NCBI GenBank assembly: GCA_963766715.1
Contig: CAVYBH010000012.1
Location: forward strand, 64,001 to 128,000
Source: an uncultured delta proteobacterium
GTDB lineage: Bacteria > Myxococcota > Myxococcia > Myxococcales > Anaeromyxobacteraceae
Reading direction: 5' to 3'
DNA length: 64,000 bases
In this document: one piece after another, positions 12,387-22,741 of the stretch
Numbering within the stretch: position 1 is the stretch's first letter
Layout of the letters: every line of letters starts with the position of its first letter
Made by a program: the position numbers and the translations under genes
The notes under the pieces: model-generated
Told to the model about the DNA's origin: nothing
Database searches by the model: none
What the model saw: only the letters and a program-made list of their open reading frames with translations

Positions 12387-13709
12387 ATGCAGCCCAAGGA
12401 CCTGACGCCGGCCGACATCGTGGCCGAGCTGGACCGTCACATCGTCGGACAGGGCGCGGCCAAGCGGGCCGTGGCCATCGCGCTGCGCAACCGCTGGCGT
12501 CGCCAGCGCGTGGCGGCCGACCTCCGCGAGGAGGTGCTCCCCAAGAACATCATCCTCATCGGGCCCACCGGCGTGGGGAAGACCGAGATCGCCCGGCGGC
12601 TGGCCCGGCTGGCCGACGCGCCGTTCGTGAAGGTGGAGGCCTCCAAGTTCACCGAGGTCGGCTACGTGGGACGCGACGTCGACTCGATGATCCGCGACCT
12701 GGTCGAGGCGTCGGTGAAGCTGGTGAAGGAGGAGGAGATGGAGAAGCACCGCGCCCGGGCGCGGGAGGCGGCCGAGGACCGCGTGCTGGCCGCGCTGGGG
12801 CAGGGCGGGGACCGGGAGAAGGGGCGGGCCCGGCTTCGGGCCGGAACCCTCGACGACGAGTCGGTGGAGATCGAGGTCCCGGAGCGGAACGCTCCCCAGA
12901 TGCCCATGGTGGCCGGCCCGGGAATGGAGGAGATGGCCCAGGGCATCCAGGAGATGTTCCAGAACATGGGGCAGGGCGGGCTGGGCTCGATCTTCGGCGG
13001 GGGCAAGAAGCGGAAGCGGCGCCTGCCGGTGAAGGAGGCGATCGAGCTGCTCGCCGAGGAGGAGGCGGGCCGCATGGTGGACATGGAGCGGGTGGTCCGC
13101 GAGGCGCTCGACCGCGCCCAGAACCACGGCATCGTCTTCATCGACGAGATCGACAAGATCGCCTCGCGCGACTCGGGCGGCGGCCCGGACGTCTCCCGCG
13201 GCGGCGTCCAGCGCGACCTCCTGCCGGTGGTCGAGGGCTCCAACGTGAACACGAAGTACGGGCCGGTGCGCACCGACCACGTGCTGTTCGTGGCGGCCGG
13301 CGCCTTCCACGTCGCCAAGGTGTCCGACCTCATCCCCGAGCTGCAGGGGCGCTTCCCCATCCGGGTGGAGCTCGAGCCGCTCACCCGGTCCGACCTGGCG
13401 CGCATCCTCCGGGAGCCGCGGGCGTCGCTCACCCGGCAGTACGCCGCGCTGCTCGCCACCGAGGGCGTCGAGGTGATCTTCCAGGACGACGGGGTCGAGG
13501 AGATCGCCCGGATCGCCGAGGAGGTGAACGAGCGGACCGAGAACATCGGGGCCCGCCGCCTCCACACGGTGATGGAGAGGCTCCTCGACGAGATCTCCTT
13601 CGACGCGGATCGCATCCGCGGGGCCCGGATCCCGATCGACGCGGCCTACGTCCGGCAGCGGCTGGAGGGCGTGGCGCGGGACGAGGACCTGTCGCGGTAC
13701 ATCCTCTGA
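12387..13709 (+). CDS. hslU: ATP-dependent protease ATPase subunit HslU
   Basis: [41 protein letters not shown]. Confidence 0.97.
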   Translation: MQPKDLTPADIVAELDRHIVGQGAAKRAVAIALRNRWRRQRVAADLREEVLPKNIILIGPTGVGKTEIARRLARLADAPFVKVEASKFTEVGYVGRDVDSMIRDLVEASVKLVKEEEMEKHRARAREAAEDRVLAALGQGGDREKGRARLRAGTLDDESVEIEVPERNAPQMPMVAGPGMEEMAQGIQEMFQNMGQGGLGSIFGGGKKRKRRLPVKEAIELLAEEEAGRMVDMERVVREALDRAQNHGIVFIDEIDKIASRDSGGGPDVSRGGVQRDLLPVVEGSNVNTKYGPVRTDHVLFVAAGAFHVAKVSDLIPELQGRFPIRVELEPLTRSDLARILREPRASLTRQYAALLATEGVEVIFQDDGVEEIARIAEEVNERTENIGARRLHTVMERLLDEISFDADRIRGARIPIDAAYVRQRLEGVARDEDLSRYIL

Positions 13710-13729
13710 GGCATGTTATAGGTGGCCAG

Positions 13730-14935
13730 ATGAAGGGGAACGCATCGATCGTCGCCCGCGGGCAGGCCGTCTTCACCCCCAACTACCGCCAGGCCCCGCT
13801 GGCGCTGGTGAAGGGCGAGGGCAGCCGCGTCTGGGATGCCGACGGCAAGGAATACCTCGACCTGATCTGCGGCATCGCGGTGAACGCGCTCGGCCATTGC
13901 CACCCTGCCGTGGTCCGCGCGCTCGAGACGCAGGCGCACGAGCTCTGGCACGTCTCGAACCTCTACTTCAACCCGCGCGCCGTGGAGCTGGCCGAGGAGC
14001 TGACCCGGTCCTCCTTCGCGCGCCGGGTCTTCTTCTGCAACTCGGGCGCCGAGGCCAACGAGGCACTGCTCAAGCTCGCCCGCAAGTACCACGCCGACCA
14101 GGGCCACCCCGAGCGCAGCGAGATCGTCGCGTGCGTGAACTCCTTCCACGGGCGCACGCTCTTCGCGCTGACCGCCACCGGCCAGGAGAAGTACCACCAC
14201 GGGTTCGAGCCCCTCGTCCCGGCCGTCCGCCACGTCCCGTTCGGGGATCTGGAGGCGCTGGAGCAGGCCCTCGGTCCCCGCACCGCCGCGTTCCTGGTCG
14301 AGCCGATCCAGGCCGAGGCCGGCGTCCTCCCCTCGCCCCCGGGCTACCTGGCCGCGGCGCGCGACCGGGTCCACGCGAGCGGGGCGCTCTTCTGCCTCGA
14401 CGAGGTCCAGACCGGAATGGGGCGGACCGGGAAGCTCTGGGCGCACGAGTGGGAGGGCGTCACCCCCGACCTCATGAGCTCGGCGAAGGCGATCGCGAAC
14501 GGCTTCCCGATGGGCGCGCTCCTCGCCACCGAGGAGGTCGGCCAGCACCTCACCCCGGGGAGCCACGCCAGCACCTTCGGCGGCACGGCGCTCGCGTCGG
14601 CGGTGGCGCTGGCCACGCTGCGCGAGATCCAGGCGGCGCTTCCGGCGAGCGGGAAGGTCGCGGCCCGGCTGCTGCGGGGGCTGGAGGCGCTTGCCGGTCC
14701 CCGGGTCTCCGGGGTGCGCGGGCGCGGCATGCTGCTCGGCGTCCTGGTCCGCGGCGTGAAGGCGGGCGACGTCGTGAACGCGGCGCGGGAGCGCGGACTC
14801 CTGGTGAACGCCATCGGGGACGACGTGGTCCGGCTCGCCCCGTCCCTCCTGCTCACCGAGGCGGAGGCCGACCTGGGCGTGGCCCGCCTGGCAGAGGCCA
14901 TCTCGGCCGCCCCGGGAGCGTCCTCGAGCCCATGA
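13730..14935 (+). CDS. argD: Acetylornithine aminotransferase
   Basis: FFCNSGAEANE, SFHGRT, DEVQTGMGRTG, AKAIANG, HASTFGG. Confidence 0.92.
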   Translation: MKGNASIVARGQAVFTPNYRQAPLALVKGEGSRVWDADGKEYLDLICGIAVNALGHCHPAVVRALETQAHELWHVSNLYFNPRAVELAEELTRSSFARRVFFCNSGAEANEALLKLARKYHADQGHPERSEIVACVNSFHGRTLFALTATGQEKYHHGFEPLVPAVRHVPFGDLEALEQALGPRTAAFLVEPIQAEAGVLPSPPGYLAAARDRVHASGALFCLDEVQTGMGRTGKLWAHEWEGVTPDLMSSAKAIANGFPMGALLATEEVGQHLTPGSHASTFGGTALASAVALATLREIQAALPASGKVAARLLRGLEALAGPRVSGVRGRGMLLGVLVRGVKAGDVVNAARERGLLVNAIGDDVVRLAPSLLLTEAEADLGVARLAEAISAAPGASSSP

Positions 14936-15861
14936 CCGGCGCCCCGCGAGCCAAGCGCGACTTCCTCCGCCTCGACGACCTCTCCCGCGCGGAGCTGCTC
15001 GAGCTGCTGGAGCGCGCCGCCGAGTGGAAGCTGCTCGGCCGCTCCGGCCCCCACCCCCTGGCCGGCCGGGCCGTCGGGCTGGTCTTCGAGAAGGCCTCGA
15101 CTCGCACCCGCGTCTCCTTCGCCGTGGCCTGCTCCCAGCTGGGCGCGTCCGAGATGATGCTCTCGCCGCGCGACATGCAGCTCGGGCGCGGCGAGCCCAT
15201 CCGCGACACGGCGCGCGTGCTCTCCCGTTACCTGGACGCGCTGGTGGTCCGCACCCACGAGCACTCCAAGCTCGAGGAGATGGCTCGCTGGGCCGACGTG
15301 CCCGTCGTGAACGCGCTGACGGACGCCTCGCACCCGTGCCAGCTCCTCGCCGACCTGCTCACCGTCGCCGAGCGGCTCGGCCAGGACCGGGTGTCCCGCG
15401 GCGACCTCTCGGTGGCCTGGGTCGGGGACGGGAACAACATGGCGAACAGCTGGCTGGAGGCCGCCATCCTCCTCGGGTTCGACCTGCGCATCGCCTGTCC
15501 GATCGGCTATGGCCCCGATCCGGAGTTGCTGCGCCGGGCCGGGGGGAGGGCAAGGCTCGTCCCGACCGCCGCCGACGCCATGCGGGGCGCGCACGTCGTC
15601 AACACGGACGTGTGGGCCAGCATGGGGCACGAGGCCGAGGCCGAGGAGCGCCGCCGCGCCTTCCGCGAGTTCATCGTGGATCGCAAGGGCCTGGCGCTCG
15701 CCGACCCGGACGCCATCGTCCTGCACTGCCTGCCGGCGCACCGGGGCGAGGAGATCGAGGAGGAGGTCCTGGAGGGCCCCCAGTCGGCCGTCTTCGACGA
15801 GGCGGAGAACCGCCTGCACGCCCAGAAGGCCCTCCTCGAGTTCCTGCTCGCTCCCCGATGA
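14932..15861 (+). CDS. argF: Ornithine carbamoyltransferase
   Basis: STRTRVSF, HPCQ, DVWASMG, HCLPAHRG, AENRLH. Confidence 0.95.
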   Translation: MTGAPRAKRDFLRLDDLSRAELLELLERAAEWKLLGRSGPHPLAGRAVGLVFEKASTRTRVSFAVACSQLGASEMMLSPRDMQLGRGEPIRDTARVLSRYLDALVVRTHEHSKLEEMARWADVPVVNALTDASHPCQLLADLLTVAERLGQDRVSRGDLSVAWVGDGNNMANSWLEAAILLGFDLRIACPIGYGPDPELLRRAGGRARLVPTAADAMRGAHVVNTDVWASMGHEAEAEERRRAFREFIVDRKGLALADPDAIVLHCLPAHRGEEIEEEVLEGPQSAVFDEAENRLHAQKALLEFLLAPR

Positions 15862-15873
15862 AGGGTCCCCTCG

Positions 15874-15903
15874 TTGACCCTGGCGCGGCCCGAGGGCTAC
15901 ATT
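15874..15903 (+). promoter_or_regulatory. sigma70-type promoter candidate for the J-domain/Hsp70 operon
   Basis: TTGACC-18 nt-TACATT. Confidence 0.45.
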
Positions 15904-15947
15904 CCGGTCTCTGGGTGACCACCGGTCAACGCACCGGGGAGGGCGGC

Positions 15948-16915
15948 GTGAAGGCCGACCGGTATCACGGATTCGTCTTCAATCCCGCTGATTTGTCCGA
16001 GGACGTCGACCTCGACCTCGACCAGCGCCGGGAGATCGTCTTCCTCGCCGCGCAGCATGGACGGCTGGACGCACTGGCAGGCGCTCGAGGTCCCGTGGAA
16101 CGCGTCGGTGGCCCAGGCCCGCGACGCCTACCGGGAGAAGGTGAAGGTCTATCATCCGGATCGCTACCAGGGTCGCCGGCTCGGCTCCTTCCGCCCCCGG
16201 CTCGAGCAGATCTTCCGGCGGCTCACCGAGGCCCGGGACGCGCTCTCGGACGAGGTCCGCCCGGACGGCCTACGCGCGGAAGACCGCGCCGCCCGAGGAG
16301 GTCGCCCGGCTCGCCACCCGGCGCATCGAGGACGACGTGCGCACCAGGGAGCGGCGGGCTCGCATGGCGCGGAACAACCCGATCGTCTCGCGCATCTCCC
16401 GCGTCCGGGAGCTGATGGAGCGGGGTCGAACCGCCATGCAGCAGGAGCGGTACGCCGACGCCGCGCGCGATTTCCTCACCGCCGGGGCCATGGACCCGAC
16501 CCTCGTCGACGCGCGCGCGCTCGCCGAGGAGGCGAGGAAGAAGGCGGCGAGCGGGAAGGCCCGGGAGCTCTGGGAGAAGGCGCGCGCCGCCGAGCTGCAG
16601 CACGACCTCGACCGCGCCCAGATGTACGCCGAGGCCGCGGCCGACGCCGACGCCGGCGAGCCGCGGTACCTGGTCTACGTGGCGCGGCTGGCGCTGGATC
16701 GCGGCGCGCTCGAGACGGCGCGCGGGCGCGCCGAGAGCGCAGTGCGCGAGGCCCCGTCGCTCGCCACCGCCCACGAGATCCTCGGCGAGGTCCTGGCCGT
16801 TCAGGGGGAGAGCGCGGCGGCGAAGAAGGCGCTGGAGCGGGCGCTCGAGCTGGACGAGAGGCTCGTCGGCGCCCGTGAACGCCTTCGCAAGCTTCGCTGG
16901 AGCTTCCTGAGATGA
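15948..16915 (+). CDS. DnaJ (J-domain) plus TPR protein (apparent frameshifts)
   Basis: HWQALEV...AYREKVKVYHPDRY (HPD motif); C-terminal TPRs (AHEILGEVL...ALERALELD); stop overlaps the Hsp70 start. Confidence 0.8.
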
Positions 16916-18777
16916 GCGAGAACGAGCCCTTCATCGGCATCGACCTGGGGACGACCAACTCGGTCGTGGCCACCGTCATCGACGGGGTCCCGCGGGTCAT
17001 CGCCAGCCGGACCGGCCAGACGCTGACGCCTTCGGTGGTGGCGGTGGCGCGCAACGGGAAGCGGCTGGTCGGGCACATGGCCAAGCGCCAGGCCATCACC
17101 AACGCCGAGAACACGGCCTACGCGGCGAAGCGGCTCATCGGGCGGCGCTGGGGCGCGCGCGAGGTGGAGGACGCGCGGAAGGTGCTGCCGTACGAGCTCG
17201 TTCCCGGTCCGGAGGGCAACGACATCCGCGCCGTCCTCGGAGGGCGGACCTTCGCCATCCCGGAGATCAGCGCGCTGGTGCTGGCCGAGCTGAAGGCCGA
17301 CGCCGAGGCCTTCTTCGGGCGGCGGGTCACGAAGGCGGTGGTCACCGTTCCCGCCTACTTCAACGACGGCCAGCGCCAGGCCACCAAGGACGCGGGACGC
17401 ATCGCGGGTCTCGAGGTGATCCGCATCATCAACGAGCCCACCTCGGCGGCGCTCGCCTACGGCTTCGGCAAGCAGATGGAGAAGAAGGTCGCCGTCATCG
17501 ACCTCGGCGGGGGCACCTTCGACGTCTCCATCCTCGACGTGGGCAAGAGCGTGTTCGACGTGATCGCGGTGGGCGGCGACACCTACCTGGGCGGCGAGGA
17601 CTTCGACCGCCGCGTCATCGACTGGCTCGTCTTCTCCTTCGCCCAGGAGCACCAGGGCATCGACCTCCGGCACGACAAGATGGCGCTGCAGCGGCTGCGC
17701 GACGCGGCGGAGCGGGCCAAGATCGAGCTGTCGGAGGGGCGGCAGGCCGCCATCCACCTCCCGTTCCTGGCGAGCGGGAGCGAGGGGAAGGCGGCCGTCC
17801 ACCTCGACCGGCAGCTCACCCGCGAGAAGCTCGAGGAGCTGACCCAGGACCTGATCGACCGGACCATCCAGGTGGCGGACAAGACCCTTCGCGACGCCGG
17901 CGTGCGCGTCGGGCAGATCGGGGAGGTCCTGCTCGTCGGGGGGATGACCCGCATGCCGCGCTTCCAGCAGGCCGTCCGGCAGCACTTCGGGCGGGAGCCC
18001 AGCCGCGGCGTCCACCCGGAGGAGGTGGTGGCCCTGGGCGCCGCCATCCAGGCCCACGCGCTCCTGCATCCGCAGAAGGGCAAGGAGGTCCTGCTCCTCG
18101 ACGTCACGCCCCAGAACCTCGGGATCATGGTCGTGGGCGGCTACTTCGCGACCATCATCCCCCGCAACACCACCGTGCCCACCAGCCAGTCCCACCTCTT
18201 CACCACGGTGCAGGACAACCAGACCGCGGTGCGGATCGCGGTGCTCCAGGGCGCCAGCGACAAGGCGGTCGAGAACGAGCTGCTGGGCGAGTTCGTCCTG
18301 GAAGGCATCCGTCCCGCCCGCCGCGGCGAGGTGGAGATCGAGGTCACCTTCGACATCAGCGCGGACGGCATCGTCGGGGTCTCGGCCCGCGACTCGGCCA
18401 CCGGCATGCGCCAGTCGATCACGGTGACCGCCACCTCCGGCCTCACCGAGGCCGAGATGCGGCGGATCCTCGAGGAGAACCTGGACGAGATGCTGACCCG
18501 CCGGCAGGTGGGGGACTTCGAGCGGCTCCGCGATCGGACGCAGGCCGTCATCGTCGAGATCGAGGAGCTCGCGCCCCGGGTGAAGGAGGCGCTGGCGAGG
18601 AGCCGGTTCGGGAAGGACGCGGTGGCCAAGGCCGAGGACGTGGTGGGCCGGGCCCGCGCGGCCATCGAGGCCCGCGACCTCCAGCAGATGATCGCGGTCG
18701 AGGAGCAGCTCGACCGCGCCTTGCAGCTCTTCAAGGGGTTGGCGGGCGGGGTCGTGCCCGGCCAGAAGGACGCCTGA
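16912..18777 (+). CDS. Hsp70/DnaK-family chaperone paralog
   Basis: GIDLGTTNS, TVPAYFNDGQRQATKDAG, DLGGGTFD, LVGGMTRMP, IIPRNTT. Confidence 0.95.
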   Translation: MSENEPFIGIDLGTTNSVVATVIDGVPRVIASRTGQTLTPSVVAVARNGKRLVGHMAKRQAITNAENTAYAAKRLIGRRWGAREVEDARKVLPYELVPGPEGNDIRAVLGGRTFAIPEISALVLAELKADAEAFFGRRVTKAVVTVPAYFNDGQRQATKDAGRIAGLEVIRIINEPTSAALAYGFGKQMEKKVAVIDLGGGTFDVSILDVGKSVFDVIAVGGDTYLGGEDFDRRVIDWLVFSFAQEHQGIDLRHDKMALQRLRDAAERAKIELSEGRQAAIHLPFLASGSEGKAAVHLDRQLTREKLEELTQDLIDRTIQVADKTLRDAGVRVGQIGEVLLVGGMTRMPRFQQAVRQHFGREPSRGVHPEEVVALGAAIQAHALLHPQKGKEVLLLDVTPQNLGIMVVGGYFATIIPRNTTVPTSQSHLFTTVQDNQTAVRIAVLQGASDKAVENELLGEFVLEGIRPARRGEVEIEVTFDISADGIVGVSARDSATGMRQSITVTATSGLTEAEMRRILEENLDEMLTRRQVGDFERLRDRTQAVIVEIEELAPRVKEALARSRFGKDAVAKAEDVVGRARAAIEARDLQQMIAVEEQLDRALQLFKGLAGGVVPGQKDA

Positions 18778-19512
18778 TGGCCACCGTCGCCGAGCTGCTC
18801 GACCAGGGAGTGAAGGCGTACACCCGGGGTGAATCGGCGGAGGCCGAGCGCTTCTGGAAGGAGGCGCTCGAGCTGGACCCGAAGAACGAGCGCGTCCGCG
18901 CCTACCTGCGCCAGGTGCGCGGGGAGCTTGCCGCCCCGGGCGCCCGAGCCGGCCGCGGAGCCGCCGCCGCGCCCCGAGGCGGCCTTCGCCCCGTCGCCCT
19001 GGGATGCCGGGCCGGCCAACGCGGCCACCGTGGTCGTCGAGGATGGCGCCGGGCTCGACCTCGACGCGGTGGGGGAGAAGTCGGAGATCCGCTCCCTCGT
19101 CCCGGAGCCGAAGGCGGGGGGGAAGCCGCCGGCGCCCGGGGAGGTGGCCACCTGGATGGAGGGGGCGCGCGAGCTCTTCGCGCTCGGGGACTTCAGCGGG
19201 TCGCTGGAGATGATCGAGCGGATCCTGCGCGTCGACCCCACCCACGCCGAGGCCCGCGCCTACCTGCGCCAGAACGAGTCCACGCTGGTCGCCATGTACG
19301 AGTCGAAGCTGGGGTCGCTCTCCGGCGTTCCCCGCCTGGCCATCCACGCCGAGGAGGTCATGTGGCTGAACCTCGACCACCGGGCGGGCTTCCTGCTCGC
19401 CCAGGTGGACGGCACGGTCAGCTACGAGGACCTCTTCGCGCTCTCCGGGCTCCCCCGCCTCGACACCGCGCGGATCCTGGCCTCGCTGCTCGCCGAGGGC
19501 GTGATCCGCTGA
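18777..19512 (+). CDS. TPR-containing hypothetical protein with C-terminal wHTH-like domain (one apparent frameshift)
   Basis: N-terminal TPR (WKEALELDP), second TPR (ILRVDPTHAEA), C-terminal LLAQVDGTVSYEDLFALSGL. Confidence 0.65.
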
Positions 19513-19538
19513 TCGCGAGCCGCGCCCGGATCGCGCGC

Positions 19539-20012
19539 CTAGGTCCGGATCACCGCGCTCCAGCGAGCGACGAGGACCCGCTCGCCCGCCTGGTTGACGG
19601 TCTCGGTGCGCACCGTCATGAAGTCGAGCGCCCCCTTCGACCGGACCTCGACAATCTCGCCCTCGGTGGTGAGCACGTCGCCCGGCCGGACCGGGACGCC
19701 GTGCTCGAACTCCTGCTCGGCGTGGAGGAGCCGCAGCAGGTCGAGGCCGAGCTCGGGGTCGGAGCAGGCGAGCGCGAAGGGCTCCATCGCGAAGGTCACG
19801 CCGAACGTGGGCGGGGCGACCAGCGTGCCGTGGGGAGAGTGCCGGGCCGCCTCCTCGTCCACGCAGTACGGGTGGGGCTCGCCGTGCGCGGAGCCGAAGT
19901 AGCCGGGTACGCCTCCGGCGACCGCCAGGGCGAACGCCCGGATCCGCTCGGCGCAGACGGTGACCCGGAACGGACCGTACCGACGTCCGACGTGGCGCGC
20001 GTCGATCGCCAT
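19539..20012 (-). CDS. MaoC-like hotdog-fold dehydratase, N-terminal/partner type
   Basis: APPTF, LLHAEQEFE, VRPGDVL, TVNQAGE. Confidence 0.85.
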   Translation of the reverse strand: MAIDARHVGRRYGPFRVTVCAERIRAFALAVAGGVPGYFGSAHGEPHPYCVDEEAARHSPHGTLVAPPTFGVTFAMEPFALACSDPELGLDLLRLLHAEQEFEHGVPVRPGDVLTTEGEIVEVRSKGALDFMTVRTETVNQAGERVLVARWSAVIRT

Positions 20013-20419
20013 CAGCCGCCCTCCACCCAGCCCTCGGCGGTGGCCCCCTTGAGGACCTCCTCGCCGCGCTGGTTGCGGGCCTCGACCTCGAGCCGGACCA
20101 CGGGTCCCTCGACGGCCACGCAGCGCCCGCGGAAGGTGACCACGTCCCCCACCACCACCGGACGGGAGAAGCGCACCCGCAGCCGCTTCACGCGCGCGGG
20201 GTCGCCGAGGTAGGCGGTGCAGGCGTCGGCGAGCCAGGCCATGGTGCACATGCCCTGGAGGATGGCCCCCGGGAACCCGGCGGCGCGGCCAATCTCCGGG
20301 TCGATGTGGATCGGGTTGAAGTCGCCGGAGACCGCCGCGTAGTAGATCGGCCGGTACCGGTCCGCCTCGCGCGTGAGCTCGAAGGTGTCGCCGGCGCGGA
20401 AGGCCGCCAGGGGCTTCAC
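20012..20419 (-). CDS. MaoC-family (R)-enoyl-CoA hydratase/dehydratase
   Basis: Hydratase-2 motif YAAVSGDFNPIHID; FSRPVVVGD. Confidence 0.9.
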   Translation of the reverse strand: MKPLAAFRAGDTFELTREADRYRPIYYAAVSGDFNPIHIDPEIGRAAGFPGAILQGMCTMAWLADACTAYLGDPARVKRLRVRFSRPVVVGDVVTFRGRCVAVEGPVVRLEVEARNQRGEEVLKGATAEGWVEGG

Positions 20420-21549
20420 GACGGGTCCTTCCCGCGCGGCTCGGGCGGAGCCAGGGGATCCTCGTCGGCGTCGCGCGTGGTCGCCTGGCGGGCCTCGATG
20501 TGGTCGCGGACGAAGTCGATGAGCCGGTCGAGGTAGCTGGTGATGGGGGGGCAGCGGACGCCGCTCCCGTCGAGCAGGGTGAGCAGGTTCATCGGGCTGT
20601 AGAAGATCAGCTGGTTCACCGACTCGAGGGCCGCGCGCTGCTGCCGGGAGAAGCGCTCGAGGAGCGGCAGCGAGAGCACCGCCTCGACCACCTTGTGGGG
20701 CAGGGAGACCCGGGGCATCCGCCGGTGGGCGCGCTCCGCGATCATCTCGTAGACCCGCCGGGCCGACATGGGCGCCGCGTCCACCAGATGGACGGTCTTC
20801 CCCACCGCGTCCGGGTTCCGGGCGATGGCGAGCGTCGCGTCCACCACGAAGTCGACCGGGACCACGTTGAGCGGCGCGCCGCCGTCCCCGGGCAGGGGGA
20901 GGGGCACGGCCAGCGAGGAGGTCACGAGCAGGATGGCCAGGTAGTAGGGCCCCTCGAAGCGGTCAATCTCGCCGGTCCGCGAGTCGCCCACGACGATGCC
21001 CGGGCGGTAAATCGTGGTGGGGACCTCGGCCATGGAGCGCCGGACCAGCTCCTCGGCCCTGGCCTTGCTCTGCTCGTAGGGCGACCGGAATCGCTGCCCC
21101 AGCATGAGCTCGTCCTCCATCACCACGCCTCGGCGGTCGCCGGCGACGAAGGCGGAGGAGAAGTGGTGCAGCCGGGGGGGCAGGGGGGCGGCGCGGGCCA
21201 GCTCGAGCACGTTCCGCGTGCCCTCCACGTTCACCCGGCGCGCGATGTCGGTCCCCGAGTCGAGCCGGGAGGCGCCGGCCAGGTGCCAGACGGTGGAGAC
21301 GTCGCGGACGAGCGTCTTCCACTCGGCGCCGGACAGCCCCAGGTGCATCGCCGAGACGTCGCCCTCCCAAATCTCGACGTCGGTGGGGGCCCGGCGGGCG
21401 ATCTCGGCCCGCGCCGCGGCGGCCTGGGACGGCTCGACGAGCAGCACCATCCGGCCGCGCCGGGGCGCCTCGAGCATGCGGTGGACGAGGCGACGCCCGA
21501 TGAAGCCCGGGTATCCGGTGAAGAGGGTGGTTCCGGTGGAGTCGGGCAT
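20416..21549 (-). CDS. Extended SDR, fatty acyl-CoA reductase/thioester-reductase-like
   Basis: TGYPGFIG, HLAG, VNVEGT, YEQSK, YRPGIVVG. Confidence 0.85.
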   Translation of the reverse strand: MPDSTGTTLFTGYPGFIGRRLVHRMLEAPRRGRMVLLVEPSQAAAARAEIARRAPTDVEIWEGDVSAMHLGLSGAEWKTLVRDVSTVWHLAGASRLDSGTDIARRVNVEGTRNVLELARAAPLPPRLHHFSSAFVAGDRRGVVMEDELMLGQRFRSPYEQSKARAEELVRRSMAEVPTTIYRPGIVVGDSRTGEIDRFEGPYYLAILLVTSSLAVPLPLPGDGGAPLNVVPVDFVVDATLAIARNPDAVGKTVHLVDAAPMSARRVYEMIAERAHRRMPRVSLPHKVVEAVLSLPLLERFSRQQRAALESVNQLIFYSPMNLLTLLDGSGVRCPPITSYLDRLIDFVRDHIEARQATTRDADEDPLAPPEPRGKDPS

Positions 21550-21557
21550 CGCTTCCG

Positions 21558-22192
21558 TCAATAACGCGCCGGCGGCTGGTTGGGAAGCCGCCGGGAGAGA
21601 CCGGCACGCAGCGCCCGGAGCAGCGGCCCGGCCCGGGCCCGCAGGGAGGCGATATCGCCGTCGTTCGGGACGAGCACGTCGGCGCGGCGGGCCTTCTCGT
21701 CGATGGGCAGCTGCGCGTCGAGGCGGGCCTCGGCCTCGGCGCGCGCGAGCCCGTCGCGGGCCATCAGCCGCTCGAGCTGGACCTCGCGCGGCGCCCAGAC
21801 CACGACCACGCAGTCGACCTCCCGATCGAGCCCGCGCTCGTACAGGAGGGGCACGTCGTAGAAGGCGAGGGGGTGCCCCTGGGCTTCGAGGCGCGCCGTC
21901 TCGGTGGCCACGGCGGCCCGGACGGCCGGGTGGACGATGGCCTCGAGCCGCGACCGGGCGGAGGCGTCGGAGAACACCCGGGCGCCCATCTCCTTGCGGT
22001 CGAGCTCGCCGTCGGGGAGGAGGACCCCGGCCCGAACTCCCGGACGATGGCGTCGAGCGCCGCGGAGCCCGCCCGGACGGCGTCGCGGGCCAGCCGGTCC
22101 GCGTCGATGACCGGGGCGCCGAGGGCGCGAAGCGCGTCGGCAAAGGTGCTCTTGCCGCTGCCGATGCCCCCGGTGAGTCCGACGAGGCGCAT
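21558..22192 (-). CDS. coaE: Dephospho-CoA kinase (one apparent frameshift near 22030)
   Basis: [37 protein letters not shown]. Confidence 0.92.
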
Positions 22193-22204
22193 CGGGTCGA
22201 CGGC

Positions 22205-22723
22205 CTAGCGTCCGGCTGCCGGAACCCCGGCGGCCGCGGGCTGGTTCTCCTGCGGCGCCGCCCCGGACGAGGGCGCGGCCTTGGCGCCCTTGTCGGCCGC
22301 CTGGAACCGGATGGCCTCGACCACCCCGTCCTTGCCGAAGAACACCACCACCCCGATGGGCCGGTACAGCCAGACGGTGCGGAAGTCGTCGGTGAAGGTC
22401 TTCTGGGGCTCCTTGCCGAACGTGCCGAGGACGGCGTCCTTCTCCAGCTGCGACGACGGGAAGACGTTGATCTCCGACACCCGTCCGTCGTCCCCGACCA
22501 GGAACTGCGCCTGGCGGGTGCCGGCGATGGCCTGCTCTCCCTTGTAGACGAGGGCCGTGCGCCCCTCGAGCTTGCCCTTCGTGGAGGGCTCGCCGAACCG
22601 GGCCACGACGTCGGCCTGGGTGCTGGTTCCCGGAGTGATGCCCTGCCAGGAGCGCGCCAGGGCCGGGCCGGGGAGGGCGAGCACGACGAGGAGTGCAGAG
22701 AGGGAGAGGTGGCGGCGGAGCAT
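22205..22723 (-). CDS. Secreted hypothetical protein
   Basis: Signal peptide; internal repeat (VVARFGEP / VLGTFGKEP). Confidence 0.75.
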   Translation of the reverse strand: MLRRHLSLSALLVVLALPGPALARSWQGITPGTSTQADVVARFGEPSTKGKLEGRTALVYKGEQAIAGTRQAQFLVGDDGRVSEINVFPSSQLEKDAVLGTFGKEPQKTFTDDFRTVWLYRPIGVVVFFGKDGVVEAIRFQAADKGAKAAPSSGAAPQENQPAAAGVPAAGR

Positions 22724-22741
22724 GAGGCATTATAGTGCGCC
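22724..22741. promoter_or_regulatory. Bidirectional overlapping -10 elements between two divergent leaderless genes
   Basis: TATAGT (+, 22731-22736) and TATAAT (-, 22734-22729), each 5 nt before an ATG; the intergenic gap is only 18 bp. Confidence 0.65.

Noticed and set aside
10535..14935. Apparent giant fusion ORFs (10535..14935, 24312..28577, 33479..36001, 41342..46573)
   Set aside because: Chance stop-free frames joining pieces of separate genes; not real fusions
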